Made by a program: the position numbers and the translations under genes. The notes under the pieces are model-generated. The model saw only the letters and a program-made list of their open reading frames with translations, had not been told where the DNA came from and did no database searches. 64,000 nt of DNA from a virus (Duplodnaviria; Caudoviricetes): the IMG/VR virus record IMGVR_UViG_3300006752_000009; one strand, 5' to 3'. Positions 37,067 through 46,394 of this stretch are shown here, piece by piece. Every line of letters starts with the position of its first letter. The first letter of the stretch is position 1.

Positions 37067-40000
37067 TATCTTCTCTCCTCTTCATAAGTGAAGCTGAGAT
37101 CGCCCACTTGAAAGTAACTAAAGTTGTTTAATCTAATCTCACCCACCACACCTGTTCCATTGCCACAAGTGTAGTTCACCTCAATGTCGTAATCCAAAGG
37201 TGTTTTACCTAACGGTAATGAGATCAGAAGTTTCCGAGCAGAGTTAGGGATCTCTGTTAGAACTCCGTTAGTGCTGATGTAGGCTTTCTCCAAACCTACG
37301 ATGCTTCCTTTCACTCCGATCCAGTTAGAGGCATTTTCTCTTTGTCCTAGCGATAGCGTTTCGATTTCTGTTCGGTTCAAAAACACCCGAACATTTGATC
37401 CACCGCTAGTGGCAGGAACATGGTCTAGTTGCACATCCATGAGCCACACTTTATGACTAGAGCTTGTAAACTCTGTAATCTCTATCGGCACTGTGGGGTT
37501 CACTTCTTCACGAAGGATTTGATCTCCTTCGGTCAATGAAAGCTCTGTCAAAGGAACAGACACATAAGAAACACCTCGTACAGAGTCAATCGCCCGAATG
37601 AAATCGGAGGGGTAAAGATTACCCCCAAGAGTTGTTTCTGTTATGAGGTTGAACAATGAGGCTTTGATGATCGAGTCAACACTCGTAGCAGATACCCCTT
37701 GTTCTAAGTAGACAAGACCTTTCACATTCACTCGAACAGGGGTCACTTCTTTTACGAGGACATCTGCTCCCATGTGCTTTTGCTCATCAACCTCTAGCTG
37801 TAAGTTAGAGACTACGAGGTTTGTCTGATAAGTAACTGTAATGTTTTCTAGGTACTCATAATCGACAAATACCGTCTGACCCGATGTGATTGTGCTTGTT
37901 GTAGTCCTCTTAATCGTTGTCAGATCACCATTCACTTCAATCACATAATCTGGTGTCGTAGAGGTGAGAGGGCTAGAAAAGGTATTGCCATTTGAGTCTT
38001 TGGCTACGATGGTTGTGATGTCGATCCCACGATTAGATAGGGTTTCGGTGTAGAGTTCATTGAGGGTCTGTTGTTCGGCTGTGATTGAGATGATCTTCTC
38101 TAATCCGTCATTATCAATGATGATGTAGTCTTGAGCTTTTGATGACTGTCCTTGCACAAGAGGATCTTCAGTTTTGTAAAAGGTGTAGCTGAGATCAGTA
38201 CCGTCTGCTTTACGAACAGAAATCACTTGTCTGACAGGTTGTCTATCTAGCACGACTTTATTAGTCACATCGGTTCGATAATCACCTAAGATAATGTCGG
38301 TCATACGATATGTGGGTTGAGGTATGGTGTCATCGAGGATAAGGGTTTTACCCTCAGAAATAGTTGCTCCTGTAAGGTCAAAGAACTGACCATTTGTTTG
38401 GTTTTTAAGTCCGAATGTACCTGCTCGATCAATCATTTGAAATAGGGGGTTCTCTGTGGTGGCATCAGATGCTTGGAACTTGTACGCACCCTCTGACTGT
38501 ATCGGGATGAACCTTGAGTCTCTTCTTGATTTGTAAGACGGAGCATATACATCGGTCACTCGGCTCAACAGCTCTCCCCTAACCCAAATGTCTACCTTAC
38601 CTCCTTGATCGTTGTCTCGGAGCATATATGGGTTGTCTGCATCTATAACCTCATAACCTAAGACACCTGCTGACTCTCTAGCTACTCGTTCATAACCAGC
38701 TCTTGTACCTACATCTACAGAAGATATGTAGGTCATTGCTCGTGTCATCAGTTCTTGGTTTGTCTCTCTTGTAGACCCACCGAATGTAGGTGCATTGTTA
38801 ATCACACTTAACCCCAATGGAGCACCTGTTGTGATTTGACCCGATGTTACATTCCCACTCAGACCAGCTGTGTCAGCTTGAATAGGTAAGGTGATTTCAT
38901 ATCTGCGTGTGATAGGGTTGTAAAAGTTAGGTGCTTCAGAAACTGTGATCGTTCCAGCTTGAACAGTCCGAAATCTGACACCACTACTAGAGATGAGTTG
39001 TCCAATAGGTACGATAAGGTCAAATGTAGGCAGACTCCTTGAGAAAAAAGTAGCTTCACCTCTCGCAACTTGCCCCGACAGTCTGACGATCCCTAGATTA
39101 GATGCTAGGCGATCAAAACAGATGTCGATAAGGTTTTGTACCTGTGTGTCGGTATCTAAGAAGTATGCCTCTTTTAAGAGCTGTTTGTAGCTAGAGTTTG
39201 ATACAAAGATGGAATCCCCTAATCCTGTAGGGTCATCTATATCGTTAAGAGACACAAAGTTGGTCGCCTTGTAACAGAAATCTAAGAGGACTCTAATACG
39301 AGAAACCTCAGAGACAACAGGGTCAATGAATAAGTCTCTTATAGCTGACCCTGCTTGAACAGACGCTGTGGGATCTGTATCATAAATAGCTGAGATCATA
39401 CTTTCTGTAATCTGTGAGTCAGTCACATTTGGTAAGGTCGTGTTGATGAGTTGTAAGTTGATAGGTGCTGACCCGACCTCAACACTAAATGCAGACTCCA
39501 CTGATTGGTTTTCTACAACTTTGACTGCTGTAATGACATAATAAAGAGGTGTGTTTACATTGAGAGAAGAAAATTCACCAATCTCTATTGTGTTCGCAGA
39601 GTTAGGACTAGTTCGATTGTGTCTGAAGGATACCTTTGTCTCCAACTCGATTGAGGAGACACTTGTTGCGACCCTTAATCGAGCCACGCTCTCAGCGATC
39701 TCTTGTGTTCCAACATCGCTCTCTGTCGTGTTCTGTAGGGCTTTTATAGTGAGAACATTCGGATCTTCTTCGATGGCTTCGATGTCACTTGAGAAATCTA
39801 CTAAGGGGGTAGCCTTCTCCGACTTGAACCCATAGGTGATCGGGTCGATAGGTATCTTGTTGACCTGTTGATAACCATTCCCTCCACCACTTACAGTTGA
39901 AGCGTACACATTATAAAAGCTAATCTCGGAGTCAGTATGCACCCAACTAAGGACTACATTATTATCAGCTCTTTCAGCTTTTATGTTGATGGGAGGTTGG

Positions 40001-40338
40001 GGTTTAGCTGTGTTTGAGTCTAAGCTAGAGATAACAATCAGTGTTAAAGAGGTCGTATTTGATCCATCCGTAGCTGAGATAAGGAAGCTGTTAGCTCCTT
40101 GATTTAAGTCAATCCCCTCTGAGGTATCGGGGTCTGGAAACACCCATGAACCATTACTAATAACGATGTCTGCGTCTACACCTACGGATGTAAACTCCTC
40201 ATCTAAGAATGACACTGTGATTTGGTCATACCCTTCAACAAGACCATGAATGAATACTTCTTCTTTGTCGGTTGAATAGCTAGTTGATGTTGTGGAGCTG
40301 ACCCCATCTGGCTTTACGATTTTTAAGCTATAACTCAT
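37066..40338 (-). CDS. Baseplate J-like (T4 gp6-type) wedge protein with N-terminal Ig/FN3 domains
   Basis: PPINIKAE..VLSW..YNVY (FN3-like); GSAIRDLFIDP, DRLASNLGIVR, ARGEATF, GNVTSGQIT, GGSTRETNQEL, GKVDIWV. Confidence 0.85.
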   Translation of the reverse strand: MSYSLKIVKPDGVSSTTSTSYSTDKEEVFIHGLVEGYDQITVSFLDEEFTSVGVDADIVISNGSWVFPDPDTSEGIDLNQGANSFLISATDGSNTTSLTLIVISSLDSNTAKPQPPINIKAERADNNVVLSWVHTDSEISFYNVYASTVSGGGNGYQQVNKIPIDPITYGFKSEKATPLVDFSSDIEAIEEDPNVLTIKALQNTTESDVGTQEIAESVARLRVATSVSSIELETKVSFRHNRTSPNSANTIEIGEFSSLNVNTPLYYVITAVKVVENQSVESAFSVEVGSAPINLQLINTTLPNVTDSQITESMISAIYDTDPTASVQAGSAIRDLFIDPVVSEVSRIRVLLDFCYKATNFVSLNDIDDPTGLGDSIFVSNSSYKQLLKEAYFLDTDTQVQNLIDICFDRLASNLGIVRLSGQVARGEATFFSRSLPTFDLIVPIGQLISSSGVRFRTVQAGTITVSEAPNFYNPITRRYEITLPIQADTAGLSGNVTSGQITTGAPLGLSVINNAPTFGGSTRETNQELMTRAMTYISSVDVGTRAGYERVARESAGVLGYEVIDADNPYMLRDNDQGGKVDIWVRGELLSRVTDVYAPSYKSRRDSRFIPIQSEGAYKFQASDATTENPLFQMIDRAGTFGLKNQTNGQFFDLTGATISEGKTLILDDTIPQPTYRMTDIILGDYRTDVTNKVVLDRQPVRQVISVRKADGTDLSYTFYKTEDPLVQGQSSKAQDYIIIDNDGLEKIISITAEQQTLNELYTETLSNRGIDITTIVAKDSNGNTFSSPLTSTTPDYVIEVNGDLTTIKRTTTSTITSGQTVFVDYEYLENITVTYQTNLVVSNLQLEVDEQKHMGADVLVKEVTPVRVNVKGLVYLEQGVSATSVDSIIKASLFNLITETTLGGNLYPSDFIRAIDSVRGVSYVSVPLTELSLTEGDQILREEVNPTVPIEITEFTSSSHKVWLMDVQLDHVPATSGGSNVRVFLNRTEIETLSLGQRENASNWIGVKGSIVGLEKAYISTNGVLTEIPNSARKLLISLPLGKTPLDYDIEVNYTCGNGTGVVGEIRLNNFSYFQVGDLSFTYEEERR

Positions 40339-41375
40339 GTCAAACTCCCATCTAATGAAATGCTACCTGGTACTTCAAAAACTATATTTACGCTTACTTG
40401 ACGGTTAGCACCACTACGAACTACGACATTACACAATAATGCAGTCGCATTGTCATTGAGTGCTGAAACCTCCACAGATTGAACGCTCATTAATCTTTCT
40501 TCTTGGCTGAGGTATTGTACCCTCTTGAGGTCTTGTTGCATTTTCTGCAACTTATCTAGTGCTTGTTGAACGCTCATCCTTAATGCGACACCTACCGAAG
40601 CATTGTTCTTTTGACCGATGAGTCGGTTAGCATTTGATCCATACCAAGCGTGATATGGGTTAGATCCGATCTCTGTAAGTAGAGTCTTAGCTATATTCTG
40701 ATATAGAAGGTCTGTATCTTGTACCTTTTTAATGTCTCCATCTGTGCCGAACCTAAAGTCGTTCTCTACTCCTGTTCCTCCACATCGCCTACAGTATCGC
40801 TTTTCGGTCGTGTAAGAGATTTCTAGTAGCCCCTCTGGTTCTAGTTCACTCTTGAACTGTATGTCGTGTCCGTTGAGTCGTGAAACCAGCCCCCAAGAAG
40901 GTGTGGTCTTTTTGGTCTTAGCGACTTGCTTTTGCCTCTTGAAACCTAGTGCTTTTAAAAGACTTCCTGTGAGGGTGAACCCAACCCCAAGTTTTTGGTC
41001 TGAAAACCTCAACGCTTTTGATGTAGTCTCTTCAACAAGGATAGCTCCGATTTGGTTTTGTATTACGGAGATGAGTGTCTTTGAGTTGTATATCTTTGGG
41101 GGTAAAGTGATTGTGTTGGAGAACCCTTCCGTAGTGGTGATTGTAAGCACATTAGATGTGCTTCTCACCCTAAAGGGAGACACATTAGGAGTGGTGATAG
41201 TAGCCTCTCGGTTATTGCCTTGAGGTTCAAGGACGACACCATCTCGTTTAATCACTACAAGTCCAGCACCATTGATCGGTGATGCTGGCATAATGTAGAT
41301 ACCATTTTGTAGCCCAACCCTCTCATATCGAATATAATGAGGGCAAGAATAAGAAATCTGTAGGTCTTCGCTCAT
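40335..41375 (-). CDS. Baseplate wedge gp25/GPW-like protein with N-terminal extension
   Basis: C-terminal DLLYQNIAKTLLTEIGSNPYHAWYGS..LIG; CRRCGG zinc motif. Confidence 0.75.
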   Translation of the reverse strand: MSEDLQISYSCPHYIRYERVGLQNGIYIMPASPINGAGLVVIKRDGVVLEPQGNNREATITTPNVSPFRVRSTSNVLTITTTEGFSNTITLPPKIYNSKTLISVIQNQIGAILVEETTSKALRFSDQKLGVGFTLTGSLLKALGFKRQKQVAKTKKTTPSWGLVSRLNGHDIQFKSELEPEGLLEISYTTEKRYCRRCGGTGVENDFRFGTDGDIKKVQDTDLLYQNIAKTLLTEIGSNPYHAWYGSNANRLIGQKNNASVGVALRMSVQQALDKLQKMQQDLKRVQYLSQEERLMSVQSVEVSALNDNATALLCNVVVRSGANRQVSVNIVFEVPGSISLDGSLT

Positions 41376-41376
41376 G

Positions 41377-41422
41377 TTATCACCAGTAGTCTAGTGGTTA
41401 TTTACTAGACTACCGATGATAA
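41377..41422 (-). promoter_or_regulatory. 19-bp RBS-occluding hairpin
   Basis: UUAUCAUCGGUAGUCUAGU / ACUAGACUACUGGUGAUAA; 17 Watson-Crick pairs plus 2 G-U pairs that form only on the minus strand; ends 1 nt before AUG 41375. Confidence 0.8.
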
Positions 41423-41433
41423 ATAAACTAACG
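41419..41433 (-). promoter_or_regulatory. Class-2 promoter motif CGTTAGTTTATTTAT
   Basis: Part of a 19-bp sequence (41419-41437) identical to 43811-43829. Confidence 0.65.
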
Positions 41434-41434
41434 A

Positions 41435-43765
41435 TTAGTCTAAATCCATAAATGCTTGGTAAAGCTCTGTGTCCTCTTTTATTCCCAACGCTTTAAATAG
41501 CTCTTTAGCTTGGTTATTGAATGTTCTCCTCTCGTCCCATTTGAGTCGTACCCTAGCATTCAACGCATCTTGTACTTCCTTCCCCCATTGAGTTAAAACT
41601 TCACCGTTATAAATCTCTTCTTTAACTTCGTTAATCGTAGAGGTAGGGATTGGACCCATTAATGAACGAACAGTATTATCACAATCGACCTTGCCTAGAC
41701 CTTTTGGTACTAGAGGACTAGTTGACTCGGTTAAGCCAAGATCAAGGTAAAAACGATAGCGAACAAGTTCACTAGCAATAGCCCCAAAGAACGCTCTTAA
41801 CTTGTTACCGCCTTTTGCACCTTTACCGACAATTTTTATTGCTTGGTTTCGATCTTTTTGGTTGGCGAGTTTTTCAACCCACATTTGACCGTTCATCTTG
41901 CTTGCTTTTGGTATAATCGGCTTGACTATTTGGTCAATCTTTCTAGCTAGTTCTTCTCTCTCTTTCTCACTCATCATCTTAACGAGATCGTAAAACCCTT
42001 TCTCTTTATTAGGGAGTGTTCCAATAGTGTGAGGTATAAAGTAGGTCAGGCTGTCAACTGTCACCTCTTTTTCAGATCCTGCTACATCGAACTTTAAACT
42101 TCCTCCATTCAACAGAATGGCACACTCTACATACCAAGAGAAAGGACCTGTATCACTAAGGAATAACTTAGAGACATCCATACAGTTATCAGCGAACTTT
42201 TTGATCGCCTTAACTTTATCTTCGTCTATGAATGTCTGTGAGTTTAAGATATATCTCAGACCGACAGGGAGGAGAGGTGCTTGATGTTCTTTGATGGTAT
42301 TTTGAAGGGCTACCATCGCATCTTTGTTGAAATAACGAATAGCGTAAGCCCATTCATCGTCCTTTAGATACAGATTGGAGTCAATCATCCAATGGAATTG
42401 ATCGTCCGAGAACAGCTTAGATAGCTTCTCTAACTCTACGATCTGTAGGTCGAGTTTGATTTTTTCTTCGACTACTTCTTGAAGCTCACCCTCACCCAAG
42501 TCCATACTATCAACTACAGCCTCAGCTCTTTCTTCGGCTGTTTCCACAATCATGTCAGCGGCTTCTTGAGCTTCGATAGAAGGCTCTATATTATTTATGA
42601 CCCAACCACTTTCGATGAGATTTTCTTTCATCTCTTCTTTGAGTTGAAGATCTTCATCAAATTCGCCTGCTTCAAAACGAGAGAGTAGATCAAGACCATC
42701 AGCAGTTGAAAGAGTGAGTTCACCTACTTCGACTAATATGTCTCTATATGCGTCTTTTAAATCCCCATCAAAACGACCTTCAGAGAAATCGTCATATAAA
42801 GTTTCAAAGTATTCGTGTCCAGACTTGAGGTTTCCATTTTTGACGAGTTGGTTGAGAATGACGAGCTTCTCATACAGATAATCCTCATCATCAAACTCAC
42901 CACTAATCAGACGAGCCTTTAGTCTCTCTAACTCTTCGTCAGTCATTTCGTTGAGTTCGTTTTTAGAATAGGTCTCAACCTGTTTTCTTGCGAGTCCTGG
43001 ATTGTCGAAAGTTTCATCCCCTTTGCTTACCTCAAGACCTACAGGTCTGTTAATACCACCTTCATTTTTAACAACACCGAACTCAATCCTTTGTGTCTGC
43101 GTTAAAAACCTCCCCTCATAAGACATGACATTAAAAACACCTTTTTTGATAGCGTCCATCACAGATTCTGCTACGCTGGATGACCTTTGGGTTTTCTTTT
43201 GTATAGACGGGAACACATACGCATCAGATCTCATCGTCCTGCCTTCTTCAACCCGATCAATGACATCAGTGTTGTGCGACATAGACCATGAGGTTGCGGT
43301 GAGCCACAAGTCCTCAAGTGTAGTACCCACATTATAGCGTCTGTTGTTTCCTATGAAATTAGAATAGGTATCGTCTATTCCTATTTTAAGATTATTTTTA
43401 ACCTTTTCATATAGGTCATTAACCATCACTGCGTGAGCATTTTTCCTTCTTAAACCTCTCATGACTTTCGACCCAAATTCAATCGCCTTATCCCCTGGAT
43501 GTGGTTCGAGTATATCAAGGCTTTGTAAACTTGGTTCTCCTAGCTCTTTGAGCTTAAGCAAAGACGCAGTAGCCCAATATGCGAAGATATGGAGAAGGCT
43601 ATTCTCATCTTCCTTGATAAGCCTCAGATCGGCTTGCTTTTTCATGCCAGCCGATCTGATGTAAAGCTCAAGCTCTCTTACAAGTTCTTGAGCAACTTTA
43701 GTCTTGGAGTGCAGATCAGATTTCTTGATCTGATCCAACATCTGTGTCGCTTGTTTTATATTCAT
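41435..43765 (-). CDS. Large hypothetical protein, tandem paralogue 1 (probable internal virion protein)
   Basis: 776 aa; first 49 aa are 44/49 identical to paralogue 2; acidic centre; shared C-terminal ELVRYRFYLD.GLTE...PKGLG. Confidence 0.75.
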   Translation of the reverse strand: MNIKQATQMLDQIKKSDLHSKTKVAQELVRELELYIRSAGMKKQADLRLIKEDENSLLHIFAYWATASLLKLKELGEPSLQSLDILEPHPGDKAIEFGSKVMRGLRRKNAHAVMVNDLYEKVKNNLKIGIDDTYSNFIGNNRRYNVGTTLEDLWLTATSWSMSHNTDVIDRVEEGRTMRSDAYVFPSIQKKTQRSSSVAESVMDAIKKGVFNVMSYEGRFLTQTQRIEFGVVKNEGGINRPVGLEVSKGDETFDNPGLARKQVETYSKNELNEMTDEELERLKARLISGEFDDEDYLYEKLVILNQLVKNGNLKSGHEYFETLYDDFSEGRFDGDLKDAYRDILVEVGELTLSTADGLDLLSRFEAGEFDEDLQLKEEMKENLIESGWVINNIEPSIEAQEAADMIVETAEERAEAVVDSMDLGEGELQEVVEEKIKLDLQIVELEKLSKLFSDDQFHWMIDSNLYLKDDEWAYAIRYFNKDAMVALQNTIKEHQAPLLPVGLRYILNSQTFIDEDKVKAIKKFADNCMDVSKLFLSDTGPFSWYVECAILLNGGSLKFDVAGSEKEVTVDSLTYFIPHTIGTLPNKEKGFYDLVKMMSEKEREELARKIDQIVKPIIPKASKMNGQMWVEKLANQKDRNQAIKIVGKGAKGGNKLRAFFGAIASELVRYRFYLDLGLTESTSPLVPKGLGKVDCDNTVRSLMGPIPTSTINEVKEEIYNGEVLTQWGKEVQDALNARVRLKWDERRTFNNQAKELFKALGIKEDTELYQAFMDLD

Positions 43766-43767
43766 AT

Positions 43768-43806
43768 ATATCTCTCTCTCTTTCCGATAGTTTACAAGAG
43801 AGATAT
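43768..43806 (-). promoter_or_regulatory. RBS-occluding hairpin
   Basis: AUAUCUCUCU / AGAGAGAUAU, a perfect 10-bp stem ending 2 nt before AUG 43765. Confidence 0.7.
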
Positions 43807-43810
43807 GAAT

Positions 43811-43825
43811 ATAAATAAACTAACG
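43811..43825 (-). promoter_or_regulatory. Class-2 promoter motif CGTTAGTTTATTTAT
   Basis: 45 nt upstream of ATG 43765. Confidence 0.65.
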
Positions 43826-43826
43826 A

Positions 43827-46217
43827 TTAACCTAACTGAACAAATGCCTCATATAGCTCAGTACCTTCCTCGATGCCGAACTCTTTGAATACCTTTTTAA
43901 CTAAGGTGTTTAAGTCCGATTTCTTCTTGATCAAGACAGACTCTCTCGCACTTATAGCACTTTGTACTTCATTAGTCCAGTGCGGTAAAATGAGCTGATC
44001 ATAACTTTCGCTCTTAACAGCGTTTAGTTCTTTTGTAGGGATGGGTCCGATGAGGTATAGGACACGACTATCGCAGTCATTATTACCTAGACCCTTTGGT
44101 AAGTTAGTTCCCTCAGTCAGACCAATGTCGAGATAGAAACGATAACGAACAAGCTCACTAGCGATACCACTGTAGAAGCCTTTAAGTTTACCACCACTGT
44201 TTGTGACGGTTTTATGAGCTTGCCCTGCTTTCGCTGGTATAGTTTTGTACTTTGGATTATTGTATATAGTAATGATGTTCTCCACAAAGTCAGACATCTT
44301 ATAATCCAAACCGTTTGGCCTATACGGAGCAATAAGATCTTCAAGGTCTTTCGTAATCTTTGCAACCTCAGCGTCAGATGCCACAGAAAGTGCTTCAACC
44401 AATCCTTTATAAACGGATCTCGTGACTTTGAAGAACCTTAATCCCTCGACTTCAACTTTGAAGGTCTTTCCACCTGCTTTTAAAGAGACAGACCCACCGT
44501 TTAAGACGATTGCTAACTCAAGATACCAACCTAGAGGTCCTTTATTGCCACCGATAATCTTTTCAACGACACCTTGATCCATACATTGGTCGGCAAACTC
44601 TTTGATCGCTACCACCTTTTTTTTGTCAGCAAAGACAGCAGGGTTAAAGATGTGCTTCAAACCTAGAGGTAAAAGAGGCTCTTGATGCTCTTCGATTGTG
44701 TCTTGGATAGCTCTCAAGGCTTGAGGGTCGGACTCTCTAAGAGCTAAAGCCCACTCTGTGTCATCAAGATACAGGTTAGCATCGAGCATCCAATGAAAGC
44801 CCTCTTCGGTGAACATCTTTGACAGCTTTTTCATTTGGTCTAACTTTAGGTTGACCTTAGCGAGATCAGCAATAGCTTCTCCGAGCTTACCATCGGGTAA
44901 ACTCATACCACTTACAGCGACTTCTGCCATCTCTTCAGCTTGATCTTCGATCATCTGAACAGCTTGATCGGCATCAGTAGAGACTTCGATGTTTTCAATC
45001 AACCAACCATCATTAATGAGGTCATACTCTGCATCAGTACGATCAAGCTCATCGAGTTCACCCGAATGATAGCTTCTGATAAGCTCATCAAGTTCATCGG
45101 TGACTGGGTTCCCTGTCAGTTCAAGAAGCTCTCTAGCGAGAGCATTTGACTCGACACTATCATATACACCATTAAAGAAATTTGGCTTCAAGGAGTCTGA
45201 GATCAGAGCGTCATTCTTATTAATATGGTCAGATAACAAAAGCCCCTGTAGCCCCTTGAGCCACTTTAGATGTTGGTTATCAAGACTTCCATCAGTTAAC
45301 TTTCCTTCGATTTCTTCCAAAGTCTCATCAGACAACCCTTGTTGTTCCATGTACTTTTGGCTGTCGGACACACCGAGTAAGTTTTCAAGATGTCCCTCAG
45401 CAGAGAGTTGATCAAGTCTGCTGTATTCTTCGCCAGAAGATGATTGACCCTCTGTGGACTCTTGTCTTATTTTCTTTCCGTCTACGAGAGCTATTCCTAA
45501 TGCCCTTCTCTCCTCAAGACTTAGGTAGCGTCCTTTAGAAGCCATCGCACTGAATACACCCTTACGAATAGCTTTCATAACTCTCTCAGCGATAGAGCTT
45601 CCCCCCTCGACCTTTTCCTCGATCCTTTTCCAAGGGGTTATATATGTTTCCCTACTTTCACTAGACTTAGGTATTCCACTTTTGCCTGTGACAGCCCACA
45701 TCGTAGATCTCTGCCAAAGATCGTCAAGAATGTCGCTTCTTAGTCGCCTAAATTCTTTGTTATTTTTAACAAATTGATTGAAGGTGATGTTGATGCTTTT
45801 AGAGAGAGCTGGTTTGATTTGCTCATAGAGACTGTTCAAGAAGTTTGCGTATCTTGCAACGCTTGCTTGTCGCCTTCTCATTCGACTTCTAAAACCACCT
45901 CCACCTCCACCAAGTTGGTTGAGGATCTTTGTCCCATACTCTGTGGGGGTATCAGAACCAACAGGAGGGATAGTCATCCCTTGTAACTCTGGTTCACCTG
46001 TCATCTGAGAAAGAGCGGCACTCGCCCAATAGAAGAAGATCTTCTTAAGATCTCCATCACTTTGAAGGTACAGCCTCAGATCAGCTTGCTTTTTCATTCC
46101 AGCCGATTTGATATACAGTTCAAGCTCTCTTACAAGCTCTTGAGCAACTTTAGTCTTGTTGTGGAGGTTAGATTTCTTGATCTGATTTAACATCTGATTT
46201 GCTTGTTTTATATTCAT
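43827..46217 (-). CDS. Large hypothetical protein, tandem paralogue 2 (probable internal virion protein)
   Basis: 796 aa; same architecture as 41435..43765, plus a GGGGGG-RSRMRRRQA insert. Confidence 0.75.
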   Translation of the reverse strand: MNIKQANQMLNQIKKSNLHNKTKVAQELVRELELYIKSAGMKKQADLRLYLQSDGDLKKIFFYWASAALSQMTGEPELQGMTIPPVGSDTPTEYGTKILNQLGGGGGGFRSRMRRRQASVARYANFLNSLYEQIKPALSKSINITFNQFVKNNKEFRRLRSDILDDLWQRSTMWAVTGKSGIPKSSESRETYITPWKRIEEKVEGGSSIAERVMKAIRKGVFSAMASKGRYLSLEERRALGIALVDGKKIRQESTEGQSSSGEEYSRLDQLSAEGHLENLLGVSDSQKYMEQQGLSDETLEEIEGKLTDGSLDNQHLKWLKGLQGLLLSDHINKNDALISDSLKPNFFNGVYDSVESNALARELLELTGNPVTDELDELIRSYHSGELDELDRTDAEYDLINDGWLIENIEVSTDADQAVQMIEDQAEEMAEVAVSGMSLPDGKLGEAIADLAKVNLKLDQMKKLSKMFTEEGFHWMLDANLYLDDTEWALALRESDPQALRAIQDTIEEHQEPLLPLGLKHIFNPAVFADKKKVVAIKEFADQCMDQGVVEKIIGGNKGPLGWYLELAIVLNGGSVSLKAGGKTFKVEVEGLRFFKVTRSVYKGLVEALSVASDAEVAKITKDLEDLIAPYRPNGLDYKMSDFVENIITIYNNPKYKTIPAKAGQAHKTVTNSGGKLKGFYSGIASELVRYRFYLDIGLTEGTNLPKGLGNNDCDSRVLYLIGPIPTKELNAVKSESYDQLILPHWTNEVQSAISARESVLIKKKSDLNTLVKKVFKEFGIEEGTELYEAFVQLG

Positions 46218-46265
46218 ATCTATCTCGCTTTCTGATGGGAATGAAGTTTACAGAAGATACCGACT

Positions 46266-46280
46266 ATAAACGAACTATAA
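46266..46280 (-). promoter_or_regulatory. Class-2 promoter motif TTATAGTTCGTTTAT
   Basis: 48 nt upstream of ATG 46217. Confidence 0.55.
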
Positions 46281-46309
46281 ATATCTGAAAGAGGATAAAA
46301 GTCTTGTCC

Positions 46310-46380
46310 TGTCGGGTTGTGTGTGATAAGGTAGGGGCTGACTTGGATAGATGTCCAATAAGTCAACCTTTAACCCGATA
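46310..46380 (+). other. Extended multi-stem hairpin in the 5' leader of a sigma-like gene
   Basis: Nested pairs tgtcgggtt/aacccgata, aaggt/acctt, tgac/gtca, ttggat/gtccaa. Confidence 0.45.
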
Positions 46381-46394
46381 ACTCGGAGACACAA

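Larger units (their letters stand above)
43617..46219. repeat. Dispersed direct repeat of about 150 bp (43620-43767 vs 46072-46219) encoding the shared N-terminal leader
   Basis: Side-by-side reading shows about 85% nucleotide identity at offset 2452; the rest of the two genes is far more divergent. Confidence 0.85.
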
